Assembly (NCBI GenBank): GCA_030670545.1
Contig: DAOVBM010000003.1
Span: 1,765 to 65,764 of the forward strand
DNA length: 64,000 nucleotides
Source: Candidatus Woesearchaeota archaeon
GTDB taxonomy: Archaea; Nanobdellota; Nanobdellia; Woesearchaeales; JAGLGH01
Direction of reading: 5' to 3'
This document shows, in pieces, positions 61,232 to 64,000 of this stretch. The position numbers were made by a program, and so were the translations under genes. The notes beneath the pieces are model-generated. The model was given only the letters and a program-made list of their open reading frames with translations, made no database searches and was not told the DNA's origin. Every line of letters begins with the position of its first letter. The stretch's first letter is position 1.

Positions 61232-62155
61232 CTATTTCTCTAAGCAAAGCCTCAACAATTCATCCCAGGTCTTGTCGATATGATTCTGTATCTCCTCAAT
61301 AAGATGCTTGTTCTCAGGTTTAAAGAGATGCTTAAACCTTCCCTGCGACTTAAGGAATTCTACAATAGGGATTATTTTTGCTGGCTTGTAATTGAGTTTA
61401 TATACGTCATTCTCAATTTCGTACAATGGCCAGAATCTTGTGTCTGCTGCAAGCTTTGCCATCTCAATGCTCTTGGCAGGATCAAACTTCCATCCAAGAG
61501 GGCATGGAGAAAGAACATTGATGAATGCAGGTCCGTCAGCTTCAAAAGCTTTCTTTGCCTTATTGAAAAGGTCGTTCCAGTTATGCACAGATGCCTGTGC
61601 AACATAAGGTATGTGGTGGGCTGCGACTATCTTAGTAAAATCTTTCTTGAACTGTTCTTTTCCCTGCAGCACTTTGCCGCAAGGCGCAGTTGTTGTAGAA
61701 GCGCAGTAAGGCGTGGCGCCGCTCCTCTGTACTCCTGTATTCATGTAAGCTTCATTGTCATAGCACACATAGACCATGTTGTGCCCCCTTTCCAGAGCGC
61801 CTGACAGTGATTGTAGGCCTATGTCATAAGTGCCTCCGTCTCCTCCAAAAGCCACAAACTTGATGTCTTTCTTTACAATTCCTTTCCTGCGCAGCACCCT
61901 GTAAGCTGTCTCAACTCCTGAAAGTGTAGCAGCAGCATTCTCAAAAGCGTTGTGGATATAAGGCACTTTCCATGATGAATAAGGATAGATTGTTGTAGTC
62001 ACTTCCAGGCATCCAGTCGCATTAGCTACAACAACTGGCTTGTCTGTAGCTTTCAGCACAGTCCTTACAATGATTGGTGCTGCACATCCTGCACATGTCC
62101 TGTGGCCAGGCGCAAGCCTCTGCTTCTTTTTTGCAAGCTCTTTTAGCGATACCAT
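61232..62155 (-). CDS. porB: pyruvate:ferredoxin oxidoreductase beta subunit (TPP-binding)
   Basis: CAGCAAPII, GGDGGTYDIG TPP motif; 307 aa. Confidence 0.85.
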   Translation of the reverse strand: MVSLKELAKKKQRLAPGHRTCAGCAAPIIVRTVLKATDKPVVVANATGCLEVTTTIYPYSSWKVPYIHNAFENAAATLSGVETAYRVLRRKGIVKKDIKFVAFGGDGGTYDIGLQSLSGALERGHNMVYVCYDNEAYMNTGVQRSGATPYCASTTTAPCGKVLQGKEQFKKDFTKIVAAHHIPYVAQASVHNWNDLFNKAKKAFEADGPAFINVLSPCPLGWKFDPAKSIEMAKLAADTRFWPLYEIENDVYKLNYKPAKIIPIVEFLKSQGRFKHLFKPENKHLIEEIQNHIDKTWDELLRLCLEK

Positions 62156-62172
62156 TTTTCTTTGAAACTTTT

Positions 62173-63348
62173 CTATGATTCCCTTAAGCTTATGTATTTT
62201 TTCTTATCAGTTATTTTTCCAGCAAGCATATCATGGAAGACATTCTCAATATCTTTTTCAGTTATATCCCTTCCTCCAATGCCAAACACATAGCTTTGCA
62301 GCCCTGGCTTCCTTGCAAGCGGATACAATGAATTCATTATCTCTCCATATACTGGTGAATTAGCTCCAAATGAGAATGATCTGTCAAGCACTGCAACATA
62401 CTTTGCATTAGCAAGCGCTTTTCCTATTTCTTTATAAGGGAAAGGCCTGAACAATACAGGCTTGACCAGCCCGACTTTTATGCCTTGCTTCCTCATCATG
62501 TCAATAACAGCCTTTGTAGTACCTGCAGTCGAACTCATTGCAATTATAACAGCATCTGCGTCCTTTAATCTGTACTCTTCAATATAAGGATACCTGTTTC
62601 CAGTCAGCGAAGAAAGCTCTTTACCAATCTTTAGATAAGCCTTTTTTGCATCATCCATAGCAATCTCTTGCTGGTATTTTGTCTCGAAATTATAATCCTG
62701 GAGCTGCAATGGCCCGAATGTCACAGGGTCATCAATATTAAGAAGCCATTTATCCAGCTTTCTTTTTCCTATGAATTTTTTTACTGCCTTATCTTCATAT
62801 ATCCTGACATTCTGCACACTATGGCTTGTTATGAAGCCGTCCTGCATTATCATTACTGGTAGGTCTACAGATTCTGCAATCTTTAGCGCGAGAATGCAGT
62901 TATCATAAGCTTCCTGCGCATTTTCGCAATATATCTGTATCCATGAATGATCCCTTGTGCCCATTGAATCAGCATGGTCGCAGTGTATGTTGATAGGAGC
63001 TGACAGCGCCCTGTTGACAACATTCATTACAATAGGAAACCTTGAGCCAGACGCAACACCAAGTATTTCCCACATCAAAGCAAGCCCTGCTGATGATGTA
63101 GCTGTCATTGCCCGCGCTCCTGCTGCGCTTGCTCCTACTGCTGCTGACATAGCAGAATGCTCAGACTCAACGCGGATCATTTCAGAATCGACAATTCCGT
63201 CAGCTACAAACTGCGCAAACTTCTGTGCAATAGGAGTCTGCGGAGTGATGGGATATACAGGAACAACATCAGGATTGATCTGCCTCATAGCTTCTGCAGC
63301 AGCTTCTGCTCCTGTAAATGGAACTTCTTTGAATCTTGCTTTTGCCAT
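62173..63348 (-). CDS. porA: pyruvate:ferredoxin oxidoreductase alpha subunit
   Basis: MAKARFKEVPFTGAEAAAEAM...YPITPQT, typical PorA N-terminus. The ORF-track start at 63381 is probably too far upstream. Confidence 0.85.
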   Translation of the reverse strand: MAKARFKEVPFTGAEAAAEAMRQINPDVVPVYPITPQTPIAQKFAQFVADGIVDSEMIRVESEHSAMSAAVGASAAGARAMTATSSAGLALMWEILGVASGSRFPIVMNVVNRALSAPINIHCDHADSMGTRDHSWIQIYCENAQEAYDNCILALKIAESVDLPVMIMQDGFITSHSVQNVRIYEDKAVKKFIGKRKLDKWLLNIDDPVTFGPLQLQDYNFETKYQQEIAMDDAKKAYLKIGKELSSLTGNRYPYIEEYRLKDADAVIIAMSSTAGTTKAVIDMMRKQGIKVGLVKPVLFRPFPYKEIGKALANAKYVAVLDRSFSFGANSPVYGEIMNSLYPLARKPGLQSYVFGIGGRDITEKDIENVFHDMLAGKITDKKKYISLRES

Positions 63349-63367
63349 TTTTATTTTAATTTGAATT

Positions 63368-63670
63368 CTATTTTTCTTCAAACTTGCTTTCTTGAATCAT
63401 ATCAATGCATTTTACAGGACACTGGTTTGCGCATATGCCGCAGCCCTTGCAGTAGTCAAGGTCAATATCCCCTCTCTTTCCATTTTTTATTAATATGCAG
63501 TTTTCAGGACAAAACTGTACGCAGGCCATGCAGTGTATGCATCTTGATTCATCTATAACAGGTCTTTTGGATTTCCAGCTGCCTGTTCTGAATCTGGCTG
63601 ATGAACCTGCTTCTGTAATCATTCCTCCAATTGGAATCTTTTTTGCTGTATCTTTTTTTTTTGATATCAT
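63368..63670 (-). CDS. porD: pyruvate:ferredoxin oxidoreductase delta subunit (2x[4Fe-4S] ferredoxin)
   Basis: CIHCMACVQFCP and CKGCGICANQCP clusters. Start chosen at MISKKK, just after the porG stop. Confidence 0.8.
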   Translation of the reverse strand: MISKKKDTAKKIPIGGMITEAGSSARFRTGSWKSKRPVIDESRCIHCMACVQFCPENCILIKNGKRGDIDLDYCKGCGICANQCPVKCIDMIQESKFEEK

Positions 63671-64000
63671 GATGTCCTGTAAGCCTCTTCGACCATATCT
63701 ATATTTGCCTGTGTCTTTTCTTTTCCTAATTTGCAAAGGAAATGATCTTCTATCTTCTTTTTAAGCACTTCAAGCTTTACAATGCCTGTTGTTTTTACAA
63801 GAGCTCCCAGCAAAGGAGTATTTGGTATGTTCTTTTTCAGGTATTTCATTGATAATGATGTTCCGTCAATTGCTGCAATTTTTCCCTTAAACCTATCAAT
63901 CTCTTTTCTTATATCTTCAGGAGTTTTGTCTGAATTTATGATTAGTATGCCTTTTTCACCAAGGCCTTCTGCAACATCTATTGTCTTTATCAATGTTGAA
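63667..64000 (-). CDS. porG: pyruvate:ferredoxin oxidoreductase gamma subunit, N-terminally truncated by the window edge
   Basis: GILIINSDK...KIAAIDGTSLSMKYL matches PorG. The reading frame continues past position 64000. Confidence 0.75.
   Translation of the reverse strand, partial: STLIKTIDVAEGLGEKGILIINSDKTPEDIRKEIDRFKGKIAAIDGTSLSMKYLKKNIPNTPLLGALVKTTGIVKLEVLKKKIEDHFLCKLGKEKTQANIDMVEEAYRTS

Overview
This low-GC window reads as an archaeal chromosome segment, probably from a DPANN-like or other small-genome archaeon. The archaeal markers are the L7Ae-S28e-L24e-ndk-aEF-2 cluster, gatD plus a GatB/E-family amidotransferase, and a porGDAB pyruvate:ferredoxin oxidoreductase operon. It also encodes gyrB and a bacterial-type AspRS. 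Housekeeping genes include purS-purL (fused), purQ, a PurM-superfamily protein, Nif3, two HAD hydrolases, an aminotransferase, an aldehyde dehydrogenase, a Cu-type P1B ATPase and a MoxR/DUF58/vWA (Bat-like) operon.

Several things lie outside these annotations:
- A family of about 165-175 bp structured, terminal-inverted-repeat (MITE-like) elements. Six copies are spread over the window, two with nested inserts (a four-hairpin array and a second element B, which also has a solo copy of its own). One copy shows a clean 9-bp target-site duplication, and two supply the terminal codons of adjacent genes.
- A 2217-aa ORF built from one PEP-synthase-type ATP-grasp domain followed by four iterated 'middle + phosphohistidine swivel' modules. 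The module junctions retain relics of the ATP-grasp tail. It sits next to a radical SAM gene translationally coupled to a solo swivel-module gene, and a 47-bp relic of the same module lies downstream.
- A radical-SAM-like (CxxxCxxxC) plus TcmP-like methyltransferase-fold gene pair on a small island bracketed by two oppositely oriented repeat copies.
- A roughly 1.85 kb segment downstream of gatD bounded by an imperfect direct duplication of the gatD 3' end.
- Three tandem paralogous genes of unknown function.
- A lysine/alanine-rich 68-aa histone H1-like protein.

I found no rRNA, tRNA or CRISPR array by eye.
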